DNA of 59,393 nt, filler included, from Stramenopiles sp. TOSAG23-3 (lineage: Eukaryota), in the NCBI GenBank assembly GCA_900128585.1. It is 6 parts of 6 records of this genome, joined end to end, with 100 filler letters (N's around TTAATTAATTAA, not from the genome) between each part and the next. Parts side by side here need not be neighbours in the genome. Positions count along the whole stretch, not along the records: positions 17,889 to 35,645 come from LT642441.1; 5 more parts are not named here. One strand, 5' to 3'. This document shows, piece after piece, positions 19,554 through 30,658 of the stretch. The number at the start of each line of letters is the position of its first letter. Positions within the stretch are counted from its first letter, which is position 1. Position numbers and translations under genes: made by a program. Below the pieces are notes generated by a model. The model was given only the letters and a program-made list of their open reading frames with translations, had not been told where the DNA came from and did no database searches.

Positions 19554-21383
19554 CTATGAATGTATTGATTTTATGTTCTGCGGCAACCTTAGTGTCATGT
19601 CTTCGCCTATTTGCCACGCCACTCCCACAGAACGTTTCAAATTAACCACAGCGTGTTTCCAGCCTGAAGGTATGAATAGAGTGTCCCCCGGCCTTTGGAT
19701 CACTTCAAGGGGGGGTATAGGTAATTCCAGGTAAATTCTATTCATCCACTCCCTCATGTCCATTGCTCCGGGTCCGTGGTACGCGCCCGGGGGAAGTAAA
19801 AACCACTTCTTTAACCCATGCAACAGCACATTTGCTGCCGCACTATGTTCGTGAAAGTATGTATAGGTCCCGGCACTGCCCAAGTAAAATAAGGGAGAGT
19901 CATCGTCCTGCTGGTCGTTCTTTTGAAATGCAAACCTGTCGATGGGAAAGAACTTTTCTATTTTCTTTCGGAGCTGCTTCACAAGCCTTGAATTTTTCAC
20001 GGCCCCGAAAATATAGTCCATCCGCGTTGTGTTCTTCCCACGTTTCAAACGCTCCATGTAGTCCGACACAGTTATCCGTTCCTGGAAGTAAAGTGCCTTC
20101 GCCTTCGCCGCCACGTCGCAATCCACCCTCATGTTCCTGCAATCTTCTACCCATTGGCGTGGAACAATATCGGCCGATGCGCTGACAGAGACGACGCTCG
20201 TGCCGATCATTTTGGGCAACCGTTTGAAATGCCACATGTTTCGTAATTGTGTCTTGATCAGGTTTTTAAGAATTACGGGCTTCCCAACGTCGCAAAACAT
20301 TGCCCAAAATTTCAACGGCGACCGAATCGTCTTTCTCTCTATATCATATCGTTCGAACTGTATGTTTGGGAACAAACCCTCCATCAATTCTGTGTCAAAA
20401 TTTTCTTTCACTGCCCGCGAGGAGATTTTTTCTGGTTTCCCAAACAGTACCGTTCGTGCGTACGACGCCATGTACGAAGTTACATCGTCGCATTTCCCCG
20501 GTGGGACAGAGTTGTCGCACATTAACTTTAGCATTCTACGGTGGACCCCGATAGCAAATGCAACATGCTCCTTCTTCGAGTCGTTTGGGGCGTTGGCTTC
20601 GAGTATGTAAGCTACATTGCGCATTAGGTCTACCCTGGAGATGTCCGCCTTGCCTCGGCCAATCGCAATGTCGGCAAAAGGCTTTGCCGTTTCGTACCAC
20701 CGGAAATCCACAAGCTGCCTCAGAAACGTGTCCAGATCGTCGTCTGATAAATGGTCACGAACGGGTTCGGAAGTGTTTACGGCTTTCATAAGCAAAGCCT
20801 TGGCTTGTGCAATTTTTCCCTCTGCGTGGTACACCCATACTCGTTGAAGCAGTGCTGTGATATACCTCAATTGACCATCTACCCCGGTAAGGGTAGGATC
20901 CGGAAGGTCAGACTCTAAAATATACGCCTTTTGTGCCTTGACACGTTCCAACAACTTGGTCAACAGGTAAATGGAATCGCTGAATTTTCCGGAATTTGCT
21001 AGGCGCTGAGCAATCCCAGTGGCACGTTGCGCGGAAAGCTTTTGCAAATCGTCCTCGTTGCTCGCAAGCGCCACATCTAATGATTCATGCGCAAGAGAAT
21101 TTGAACGGAGAAAAAAACCGCAATCGCCTAACGTTACCTGTTTCAGTGAAGGTTCGTGGACGTGCACGATGTCTCTTACACACCCCCGCGACACAACGTT
21201 TGGGTGCAAAAATATTCTCTGTTTTATCGAACGAATGTCCGTTGCGTCTATCGAGTATGGAAGTACGATTGATACGTGACCGCCTGAATCCGTACTGCTG
21301 GGGAATAAAATATCCACACGGCTTGACGAGGCCATGGCAAATAAAGCTGCAGAAAAGCTCGTGCAGAGTAATAACCCAACCAT
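19554..21383 (-). CDS. JmjC/cupin-like 2-oxoglutarate oxygenase-fold protein with signal peptide (JMJD8-like)
   Basis: GKPVILKN; GTYTYFHEH...LLHGLKKWFLLPP; QRPGDTLFIPSGWKHAVVN. The ATG at 21383 gives a hydrophobic leader MVGLLLCTSFSAALFAMA. Confidence 0.85.
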   Translation of the reverse strand: MVGLLLCTSFSAALFAMASSSRVDILFPSSTDSGGHVSIVLPYSIDATDIRSIKQRIFLHPNVVSRGCVRDIVHVHEPSLKQVTLGDCGFFLRSNSLAHESLDVALASNEDDLQKLSAQRATGIAQRLANSGKFSDSIYLLTKLLERVKAQKAYILESDLPDPTLTGVDGQLRYITALLQRVWVYHAEGKIAQAKALLMKAVNTSEPVRDHLSDDDLDTFLRQLVDFRWYETAKPFADIAIGRGKADISRVDLMRNVAYILEANAPNDSKKEHVAFAIGVHRRMLKLMCDNSVPPGKCDDVTSYMASYARTVLFGKPEKISSRAVKENFDTELMEGLFPNIQFERYDIERKTIRSPLKFWAMFCDVGKPVILKNLIKTQLRNMWHFKRLPKMIGTSVVSVSASADIVPRQWVEDCRNMRVDCDVAAKAKALYFQERITVSDYMERLKRGKNTTRMDYIFGAVKNSRLVKQLRKKIEKFFPIDRFAFQKNDQQDDDSPLFYLGSAGTYTYFHEHSAAANVLLHGLKKWFLLPPGAYHGPGAMDMREWMNRIYLELPIPPLEVIQRPGDTLFIPSGWKHAVVNLKRSVGVAWQIGEDMTLRLPQNIKSIHS

Positions 21384-21932
21384 TCTTTCTCCGTGCAAAC
21401 ACACCTTTCCCTTTTTTTCATTCGGTTTGTGAATGGACGTTTCACATGGCTGCGATTTTCTTCTTGAGAATAAATGCAAACCATTTCACTGTGAAATGAG
21501 AACATGTTGACTAGGACGCACGCCTGACATGAATCTAATCGTTACTCTCTACTCGTTAACTATTATTTTTAATTATATTTTTTCTACCCTCTTTGGTGGT
21601 GGTGGTGTATGTGGTGTATTAATATATAATAGTAAAATAAAAATACTAGACTATACACACACAGGATTTAATAAACATTTTTGCCTTTATTATAAAAAAT
21701 AATACAATTGGTAACAGCAGCAGCCAAATTGGTTTTGTTTCAATTTCCTTCACCATACCACTTTCTACTGCACTTATAAATACCAAGTACAAAGACAAAC
21801 CGAACAATCAATTTAAGAATACTCTTTTTAGTCTTCGATGGAATTATTAATGGAACAATTGTACTTTCAAAATTTATTATCGTACATATAAAAGACTCCA
21901 AAACGGGCAAACAAACCCGAAGGTTGGTGTCC

Positions 21933-22460
21933 TTACGAGTTCGAAACAGCGAGGTCGATAGAATCCACGAGCTGTTTTAGTTTCTCCCACTGTTCTCTAG
22001 TAAGCGATATCCCTTTCCTTCCAGGAGCCCATTCGCCGCCGTCTTTTTGATAATACTCTCGGATGTCCACTAATGTCTTGCCTCTGAACTCACGTACCGA
22101 TACCTTTTTGGTCTTCGATAATTGAAACTCCCTTTGCACTTCTTCTTTAGGGGCATTTTTCACGGCAGCTGCGGCTGCAGCAGCTGCAGCCTGCTCCTTC
22201 AACATTTTTTTGAGCGCAGCTATTTCCGCCGCTTGCTTATCCACCAGTCCACTCGCGGCCGGCTGATTTATGACTGCCTCGGATCCTCCACCGGCAGGCG
22301 CCGCCGCCGGTGCCCCGCCCTCCTGTTTACGAATCTTAGAAGCCTGTTGAAAACCAGAATATGGGAGATCGTGCTTTTTTGACTTTGACGCTCGGTCATT
22401 TGTAGCGACCGCAGCAGAGGCTTCAGGAGCCTCCTCGAACGGGTCCTGCCAGTCGTCCAT
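21933..22460 (-). CDS. SUB1: transcriptional coactivator p15 (PC4/Sub1)
   Basis: KKVSVREFRGKTLVDIREYY...PGRKGISLTREQWEKL is the PC4 ssDNA-binding core. Confidence 0.93.
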   Translation of the reverse strand: MDDWQDPFEEAPEASAAVATNDRASKSKKHDLPYSGFQQASKIRKQEGGAPAAAPAGGGSEAVINQPAASGLVDKQAAEIAALKKMLKEQAAAAAAAAAVKNAPKEEVQREFQLSKTKKVSVREFRGKTLVDIREYYQKDGGEWAPGRKGISLTREQWEKLKQLVDSIDLAVSNS

Positions 22461-23084
22461 TATTCAAACTATACCAAGGTAAAACGTGTGCTGCGTGCGT
22501 TGCTAAATGAAGCTAACTTCACTGTGCGTATCTTCCAGTTGCTTTTGATTGCAAAGACTTTTTTTTCTTCTTTCGCTTTCTTCTTTCCCCCTTTCTTTTA
22601 TTGTGCAAGGATATGTTATATCTTTTCGACCCCTGGGTCAGACTTAAATTCTTTTTATGCTTCTTATTTGTACGTACAGTATAAATAGATACAGATGTAT
22701 GTATTTTAAAGTGGGAAATAACAAATTCAATTCACCATACTCTTCTTCTTCTTCGTCTCCTCGCTCCCTCTCCCTCCCTCCGTCGCCCCCTCCTAATGTC
22801 ATTATATAATTACTTCTTTATTAGATTTAAGATTTATTTACAACTTCGATTTCTTCTATTTCCAATAATTTAAGGATTATTATATAATAATAAAGAAAGA
22901 TGCTGTTCCTATGTTATTTTGTTGTTGAAAATTATTTTTTCCTGCATTCAATAGTGTGTCCATCTATACACTGGACACCATTGTAAAAATACTAATATAT
23001 TTCATACTATGTGAGTACTTGGTGCATGTTCGATACCTTAGTTAATTTAATATTCACAGCTACTCCACATAAAGCTGAATTCAA

Positions 23085-25403
23085 TTACGACACTGGCAAC
23101 GATGCCAACAGCATTTGCGGAAGCGCCATTTCTCCATGGTGCCCATATGTACTGTTTGTTGTTGCTTTCACGTACAATGGCACCCCCGACACAAGCGGTG
23201 GTTTCTCAAAACCTTCGCGATCTCCCCACAAGCATATGCGTTGAGCAATGTACCCAGCCTCGTCAAATTTATCCGCTTTGTTGCCCTTGCCGTGGTACGG
23301 GGTTTCTTTGCATATCAATTCTCCCGTTTTGTTGTTCCAAATTTCCAAGCTCAGGCAAGTCGGTGCGTGGCAATGGTAGTGAGCTGCAACAAAATGAAGG
23401 TCGGTTCCACCAGGGACTATGGTCCCTTCAATTTCATGAATGCAATCTTTCGTAGGTGTCCCAGGCTTGCAACGCGGCACATCATACTCTCCCGTGTCGC
23501 CACCAATGCTCCATGTGATATCCCTTGCCACTGTGTGCGCTTTGAATTCTTGAAAGTACAACCGAAATTTCATGTAGTACTCTAAGGGTTGATCCTGCCA
23601 CGGGATCTCTTGGTCCGCGTCTAACAAATGCCAACCATGGTGGCAGGTACTCAGACCGCCCTCGTACGTGCGAATATCACAGGTTGGATTTCGGGAAGAA
23701 AAAATGGTTTCGCTTGGCACACATCGAAATGGGAACCCGATGACTTCGCCTGTTGGGAGGTACTCCAACGTGCCGGTTCCGTGGCCAAAGGGTGCTGCGG
23801 GGATGGAGCACAAACAAACGTTCTCATCGTTCGTCGGCCATAGCGTTATCACACCAACAGTCTTTGTCTTGTGGTACGACAACGCCGGTGAACTTCCGAC
23901 TGCACTGATTAAATCGATCTTCAACTGCTTTGCATGAAACGTGTGATGCTGTGGCGTAATGCCTTTCAGCCCTCGTGTCAGTTGCACCGTCCGGACGCCG
24001 TTCGAAACTTTCGAGGAAATAATTGAGAGCGAGTTTGAAATTTCTACGCCCGGCAAATGATTTCCCATGACACGTTCGCTTACTTGGCCTTTTCCATCGA
24101 CAATGATCGCATAGGGTGCATTTGCCATGGAAGTCGCGTCGAACCCGACGCCAAACCATACGCCTGCGGGACCGCTGAGAGTCATTTGCACTTGCGGTTC
24201 TTGGGCGTTGGCGCTGGAAACGGATAGGGTGAGGTCTGCCCCACCACTCTTCATGAAACTTGCACTTCCGATTATATCGCTTATTCCAGAACCACAGCAG
24301 ACGTTGCTGTCGTTGTTGTCATTAAACGTCACGGAGGCATGTGTGTTGTTCACTCTTGAAACTGTGCAGCCGGGAGGAACCGAAGAGGCGGACACTGCCG
24401 CCGTGGCAATGTTTAGCCCTTGTAAACTTGGCAACTGTTTCGCGTGCTCAAAACAATCTGCGGCATTGTCCAATGCAATTTTGCAGCGTGTCTGGCCCGC
24501 TGTTGGCGGCGTGCAATTGTAAATTTCGGGGGCAACCGAGTCGTTCCACCCACCGCCAGTGATGTGCTTGCGGATTCGGGTGGTCCTTGGGCACTCCAGG
24601 AGGCCAGAGTAGATAGCGTCCGGTCCGGACGTGGGCGCCAATGAATTTTTCGGTGCCGGCCCCGGGACAAAGGGCGATCCTGTTAAGTTCATCTCGTCGC
24701 GGTTCCACGTGTCGATTTGCATCGGTGTGAACGACAAATGCGTTGGGCTATCGACAACTTGCGCAAATGGTGGCAAAAGCCCTTTGTATGTTTTTCGAAA
24801 TTCACCACCGTTCGAATAGCCCCACGCCAGGCTTGTGGGCAATCCACTTTTCGACGGTGTGTGCTCCACTGGCAATTTAACCCACCCTGGCTCTTCGCCT
24901 GGGTGCATAGTTTCCGGCCGGCGCGAGTCCCGCTTGACCCGCTCCATTCGGCTGCCCTTGCCCAGCAGTTGTCCGCCGTAATGGTGGTTATAGGCAATAT
25001 TGATGGGAACAGAAATGTCTTCATTTGGCAGCCGGCGGACTTGGTCCGCTTCTACGCCGACGACTGCAACGCCTTTGTCGTCGAACCGTTTGACCAGCTC
25101 CGGAGGGAGCTGAATGTCTGGCAGTGATTTCCAAAAAACCTCCGAATAGGTTGATTTGATCGGCCCGAAGTAAAACTCAATGTGCTCTACCCCACCGGGG
25201 TAGTCTTTCCACTGCGTCGACCACGTCGCATGGGCACTTTGTTTTGGCGTTTTCTGCAATTTGTACCCACCCGTATTTAAATTATCGACCGTTTTGTTGA
25301 CGTGGCGAATGTTCCCCTCTTTTAGCGGTATGAATCCCCTGGCAAGTGGAAGAACGACGAGGGCAAACACGCAAATAACAGAAGTGACACTGAAATGCGT
25401 CAT
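23085..25403 (-). CDS. secreted copper-monooxygenase-like (Nod19-like) protein with internal DOMON domain
   Basis: Signal peptide from ATG 25403; His motifs YNHHY, CHHGWH, AHYHCH, HHGEM; DOMON-like LSGPAGVWFGVGF...M...RTVQLTR...YH. Confidence 0.75.
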   Translation of the reverse strand: MTHFSVTSVICVFALVVLPLARGFIPLKEGNIRHVNKTVDNLNTGGYKLQKTPKQSAHATWSTQWKDYPGGVEHIEFYFGPIKSTYSEVFWKSLPDIQLPPELVKRFDDKGVAVVGVEADQVRRLPNEDISVPINIAYNHHYGGQLLGKGSRMERVKRDSRRPETMHPGEEPGWVKLPVEHTPSKSGLPTSLAWGYSNGGEFRKTYKGLLPPFAQVVDSPTHLSFTPMQIDTWNRDEMNLTGSPFVPGPAPKNSLAPTSGPDAIYSGLLECPRTTRIRKHITGGGWNDSVAPEIYNCTPPTAGQTRCKIALDNAADCFEHAKQLPSLQGLNIATAAVSASSVPPGCTVSRVNNTHASVTFNDNNDSNVCCGSGISDIIGSASFMKSGGADLTLSVSSANAQEPQVQMTLSGPAGVWFGVGFDATSMANAPYAIIVDGKGQVSERVMGNHLPGVEISNSLSIISSKVSNGVRTVQLTRGLKGITPQHHTFHAKQLKIDLISAVGSSPALSYHKTKTVGVITLWPTNDENVCLCSIPAAPFGHGTGTLEYLPTGEVIGFPFRCVPSETIFSSRNPTCDIRTYEGGLSTCHHGWHLLDADQEIPWQDQPLEYYMKFRLYFQEFKAHTVARDITWSIGGDTGEYDVPRCKPGTPTKDCIHEIEGTIVPGGTDLHFVAAHYHCHAPTCLSLEIWNNKTGELICKETPYHGKGNKADKFDEAGYIAQRICLWGDREGFEKPPLVSGVPLYVKATTNSTYGHHGEMALPQMLLASLPVS

Positions 25404-25971
25404 TGTTGCGCGCGCACACACGACGACGGGAAGATGAACGAACGGTGGAACGAATGAGGATGGAAATATGTGAGAAAAGAAAATAGACGACTATGTATTT
25501 GTGGATCATTCAACTAAACGAACGTTTGTAATTGAAGCGAGCTATGGCTGCTGCTAGTTTGTTGAAGTACCGTAGTCATAAAGTTAGCAATTTGTTTTTT
25601 TCCACAGCACAGCAGTAGGAAGCACAGCAGGGGAGAGAAGGGAACGAGAAGGAGCGAGAGAACATTTAAATATAATAAAATTAAATAAGTATACATTTAT
25701 TGTATTCTTATATGTTTTCAACTCTATCAACCTATTCATTTGTTGTTGTTGTTACAGTATTATACTGGTACCTGGGTACTGGGTACCAAGTACGAGGAAT
25801 ACCATCATCATCATCCTCCTAACTTTTTTTTGAAACAAATAATAAATAAAAATTAAAAATATTTCAATGCGTTTGTCTACATATATACACAAGTGCAGTG
25901 TTCTCTCTCTATTTATCACCACACTTCATTTTCCTTGGGAAAACATGATTAACCCCATCTCTCTTTAATAT

Positions 25972-26829
25972 TTACACACAGCCGAAGAAGACGCTTAAAT
26001 TTTTAATCAACTGGCCCTTTCCGCGTTGAAGTGCAAGCTCTCTCGCAAGCGCATGGACGGGGTTGGGGTCCTCAGACGACGGGCTACAGTTCGCAACGAT
26101 CCGTGCGGCTTCCTGCTCTTGTGCGAGCTTCAGACGGTCGTCGTCACTGATTACACTGGATTTTTTGTCAAACGAGAGGCTGCTAACGTTTATCGGGAAT
26201 GGTAAACCACCGCTACGCCGGGTGGACTCCTCGCTTGTTTTCATAAATTCATATTTTCGCAAGTGCATCATGTACAGTTCTTTCTCCAAATTGCGAATCG
26301 TTTCGGACAATGCTTGGCAGCGCAGGCTTTGCTTGTTGTACCGCTTTTCCCAGTCGCCCTTTTCCTCGACGGCTTTGGCCAGCTGCTTCAAGGACTCTCG
26401 GTTTGTGTTTGAGAACTTTTTCCCTAGGTTGATCTTCTCCTTTGTCACCTTCTCCAGCCGTTCTTCCAAGTCATGGTGAATGCGTTCGTACGAAAGCACT
26501 TGTTCCGACGTTCTTCGCAGCTGGTGCTGGAGGGAAGAGACCTCCACTTTGTAATGCTCTAAATCTTCTTTGAAGTTGTCGTTTTGGCACCGTTCGAAAA
26601 AGGTCCTTTCCTCCTGGCTAATATAGCTTCCGGGCTTTTGGGTCTTCCGGTCGAAATCGTCTTCGCGAGGGGGGGAGGGGCGCACGGATTCGATGTGGTG
26701 CGGTGTGCGAACCGGAACATAATTATCCTGGACAAAAGACTGGTCGTATACACTGGACAAAATTGAGCTGCTATCTGTGTTTATTATCATCAGGTGGTTC
26801 CCTCGGTTTAAGCTCTCAGCCTTCAACAT
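25972..26829 (-). CDS. hypothetical coiled-coil protein
   Basis: 285-aa ORF with a heptad-rich E/K/L central region. Confidence 0.8.
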   Translation of the reverse strand: MLKAESLNRGNHLMIINTDSSSILSSVYDQSFVQDNYVPVRTPHHIESVRPSPPREDDFDRKTQKPGSYISQEERTFFERCQNDNFKEDLEHYKVEVSSLQHQLRRTSEQVLSYERIHHDLEERLEKVTKEKINLGKKFSNTNRESLKQLAKAVEEKGDWEKRYNKQSLRCQALSETIRNLEKELYMMHLRKYEFMKTSEESTRRSGGLPFPINVSSLSFDKKSSVISDDDRLKLAQEQEAARIVANCSPSSEDPNPVHALARELALQRGKGQLIKNLSVFFGCV

Positions 26830-27534
26830 CGTTCTAACAAATGAAGTGAAGGTTTGCGAGAAGGAAAATTGCTGCTAGAGTTTAAATTGTTTCTACCTAC
26901 AAGAACAGGAAACAAAACCCTAAAATTTGCGAAGAAGCACACTTCACTCCGCAGACGCCTTTCCAGCTACTACTAATCCAACAGCGACACCCAAACACAA
27001 AACGAAAACAAAACGGCAAGAAAAAAATCTACGTGGTTGTTTTTGTGTTGGCTAGCACCTGTTTTATTTTTATTTATATTTGAATTTGTATATATACCCG
27101 GATTTACACATTACAAACTATACTTGATTTTGTGTCAAAAAAAAGAAAACCAAACGGAAGTGGTTTTCATTGCATGCACATAGTCATCATCGAAGAAGAA
27201 TAAATAATATGATGATTAAAAAAAAATAATAAAAAATATACACTAACTACTACTGAAATACTGTTGTACAACAGAAGAAGAGAATGAATCTTTTTTTCTC
27301 CTCCTCCTACCTGTTGTCTGGTACTTAATGGTGCGTGTTCGTTTTTTCCATTTTTTTTTTAAAGAAGAAGAAGTAAAAAAAAGTAGTATTATGATGCTCT
27401 GATTATATTACCTATAATAAAAATAAAATAAATAAAAAATAGACTTCTTTTCTTCTTATTATTCTATTTCTTATAATAAATAATAATAAAAAAAAAATAG
27501 AAGAATAAAAGATTAAATATATAAATATAACGGC

Positions 27535-27572
27535 AGAGGAGAAGAGGAGAAGAGGAGAAGAGGAGAAGAGAG
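27535..27572. repeat. (AGAGGAGA)n tandem repeat, about 4.5 copies
   Basis: Read directly. Confidence 0.9.
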
Positions 27573-28410
27573 TGAATAAAATAACAAAAAGAAAATATTC
27601 TTCACATAAATACGTAAGAGCGTAGAAGAGAGACTACGACGTTCTACTACCTTGGTACGTAGAAGACGACTGACTATTCAACTACCTGGAAGGTAATTAA
27701 TTTGATATTATTACTACGTATGATGTGTACGAGAGCGTAAGTAATAAAGTGTAAAAAGAGGCAGAGATAATATATTGTACATTGTATTAATAACTCTTTT
27801 TTACGAAGAAAGTTCTTCAATTTTATTCCTATTTTAGAATTAAGTAAAAAAGTAATATTAAATTAATATGCTCTGATTTTAAATTGTATTATTATTAAAT
27901 AGTCTAAATAATAGACACACTACCTCGTACTATTAAATCCTTCATTTTGTTTCTCCAGCATCCAGCACAGCTCTTTTCTCTAAATAAGAAGATCTATAAA
28001 AATAAAAGAATGAAAATGAAATTCTATTTATCATTTTTACCCTACATTTATCTCTAATGGATTTTTTAACCCACCGACCGCCGATCCTCCCTGAAATTTG
28101 AATATAATATATAAATACTAATTATTTATATATTGGAATAGTAATTTGAACAAAAGTTAGCAAAGTTTTTCTTGTTCATTTCAAAATACATTCATTTATG
28201 TACTCGATATGTATATATGTACATACTCAGAATGTGAGGGAAAACATTTTTCTTCTGTTTTCAAATTGACCTTCCGTACCCCCCTCTCTCTCTTTCCAAG
28301 TGACTGATTGTTCGCCCGATTGAAGCACCCCGTTCGACCGCTGTGTGCGTTTGCCGTTTCTCCCTCGGTCGCTCGCTGGACCAGTGAGCAAACTTGAGGG
28401 GCAGGTAGGC

Positions 28411-30499
28411 ATGGACGTTAAAGGGCCCGCTGCGCCGTCGCTGGTAACCCTTCCCGATGTACTTTTACTCCGTGTCGTATCTTTCAATACGTACGAAGCG
28501 ATAGACAACCTGCTCAAGGCGTGCAAGCGCTCCATGCAATTTTTCTGTTCTACCGAGGTGGACCATATGCTTTTTCGTCCGCTAGCGTTTCGGACAGTCC
28601 CGAACGTTATTTTTTCAGCGTACAGCATGAACATGCCGGTGGGCGTTCGTTGCTGGCGAAACATGATAAGGCGCTGCTGCTCTCTCGGCACAGTGACGTT
28701 TGAGCAAGCGGAGCAGAGCGACAAAGCGGTCCTTTCAGAGAAGAAAGAGAGCCGGTCGACGTTTACCTTTTTAATTGACAACGACAGGGAATGCGTCTAC
28801 CGTGTCGGTGGGCACTACTTTTTTACAGTCCACGAACTGGGAATAGATGAGTTCGGTCTAGAGCCCGAGTCGACCCTCATTGGGCAGCTGGGAAAGTGGC
28901 GGAGGATAAAACCGTACGGGGTTGCGCCGAACCCGCTGCGCTACTTTAGTATGAGAAATGTGCCCTGGTTCAAGAGCTTTGATATACCGTGCGCTCCTTT
29001 GTTTCGGATCGGGGGGAGCGATGCCTCATTCCCCTACAGCGAGTACAACGACGTATACATCATGCTCCCGTTCCCAGGAAAACCAGACGCCAGCCAAAAC
29101 ACCATCTTCAAAAAAGACGTTATTCTGATGGAAAAGGTTTTGGTAAAGAAAGTTTTGCAAGCTGCGCCTGAAAGCGCCAAAGCAGGCGCCGGGGAAAAGG
29201 CACAGGACCTCCCATCGAGCGAGCCTCCCGCACCGGGCACGCCGGCCTCCGCGCAGCTCCAGACGGTCACCACGGCCGTCCCCAGCCATATGATCGACAT
29301 AAAACTTTTGACCCACAAGAAAACCCACAGTACGACGAGCCTTAAATGGAGGTGGATACGCCCCCAAGTGGTAGGGGCAAAGCCGCCGGCCCGGCGCAGC
29401 CACTCCTGCACGTATGTTCAAGGATCACAAGCCCACCGACTGATCGTGTACGGGGGCGGGACTTCCTCCAACGGCACCGCGAACATGTCCGACCTGTGGG
29501 TCCTCGACACATTTTTACCGACTACCCAAGGCCAGTACATAAAACTTCGGGACGGGCCGCAACCAACCGCGTACGATGCCGCAAAAACGGACGAACTAAC
29601 CGTGCAGTGGAGCAAGCCCGTAACCCGCGGCCTCCCGAGTCTCGGCAGATTCGGGCACGTGGCGTACTTTTACTCGCCAAATGGCAACTACCTGACCGAC
29701 TCCTCCCACAACAACCACGCCAAAGGAAAGGCTTTGGTCGTGTACGGGGGAATGCGATTTGGTGGCTCGTTGGGCCTGTTCGATTTGTGGAGGTTCAGCA
29801 TTGCGGACGTGGACGCAAACGTTCTCCAGCTAGAAGGAGAGGAAATGAACGTGCCTGGGGTGACCCCGGCGGCAGATCTGAAAGGGCACAGCAGCACGTA
29901 CATTGGCCGAAATTTGCTGATTGTGGGAGGAAGCAGCCATGAAGAGAATGCGCGAGAGCGTAGGAGTGCCGCGAGAACGCTGCCGGTGGTGGAAACAATG
30001 GGCGAGAGGAAGGACGTGCTTCCCGACAAAGACGAATTAAAAGAATTGCTGAGCCTCGATGGCAGTGGTGCGAACACATACCAAGTCTACGCGGTGGCAT
30101 CATTGCTGCCGACAATTACAACGACGAGCGATTCAAGCGGGAGCCCTGCAGCCCCCCCCCCCGTCCCCATGCTCCCGCGCGCCCGCAGAAATGCTGCAAC
30201 TGCCCCCCCTGTGGCAGGCGGGGAAACCTGAAACCGAAGAGCCAGCACCCTCGGGGAGCCCCGGCGATAGCAGCGTGGACAAGAAGAAATTGAAAATTTA
30301 CGTCCTCGATGCGGTGAAAATGTCCTGGTCGGTCCCCAAAATTAAAGGGGTGCTTCCAGGGAACCGCATTAGCCATGGCGCAGAGCTGTGGGGGACCACC
30401 GTGGTCCTTACGGGTGGGTTCGACACCATGGACGATGGCGAAATTGACCGGCAGACCAGGCTTGTCAAGACGGATGCCGAGAGAATAATTTTGGGGTAA
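28411..30499 (+). CDS. F-box / Kelch-repeat protein, split over two reading frames (28411-30231 and ~30160-30499)
   Basis: F-box-like LVTLPDVLLLRVVSF...LLKACKR; Kelch PPARRSHSC...LIVYGG, GRFGHVA...VVYGG, LKGHSS...LLIVGG. The downstream +1 frame continues with IYVLD...WS...RISHGA...VVLTGG. Confidence 0.8.
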
Positions 30500-30658
30500 A
30501 GGCACGCGCGCGCGTGTATTGGGCAGGGAGAGTGTTTTACGAACTTCGCTCTAAAAACAATGCGCTAATGACATGAACTAAAAATCCCGCTTCGCGGTAT
30601 TACATTACTACCTACACATTATAAATGTTTAAAGTTTTGTACACTTTGTCCCCACCAA

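Noticed and set aside
23015-23040. GTTCGATAC B-box/T-loop-like word suggesting a tRNA
   Set aside because: No cloverleaf stems or A-box around it.
26915-26923. Telo-box-like AAACCCTAA (also short TTAGGG-like words near 18020, 19416 and 53361)
   Set aside because: Single short matches expected by chance in AT-rich DNA; no telomeric array.
30229-30231. TGA ending the F-box/Kelch ORF as selenocysteine or readthrough
   Set aside because: The Kelch continuation is in a different frame, so readthrough would not join them.
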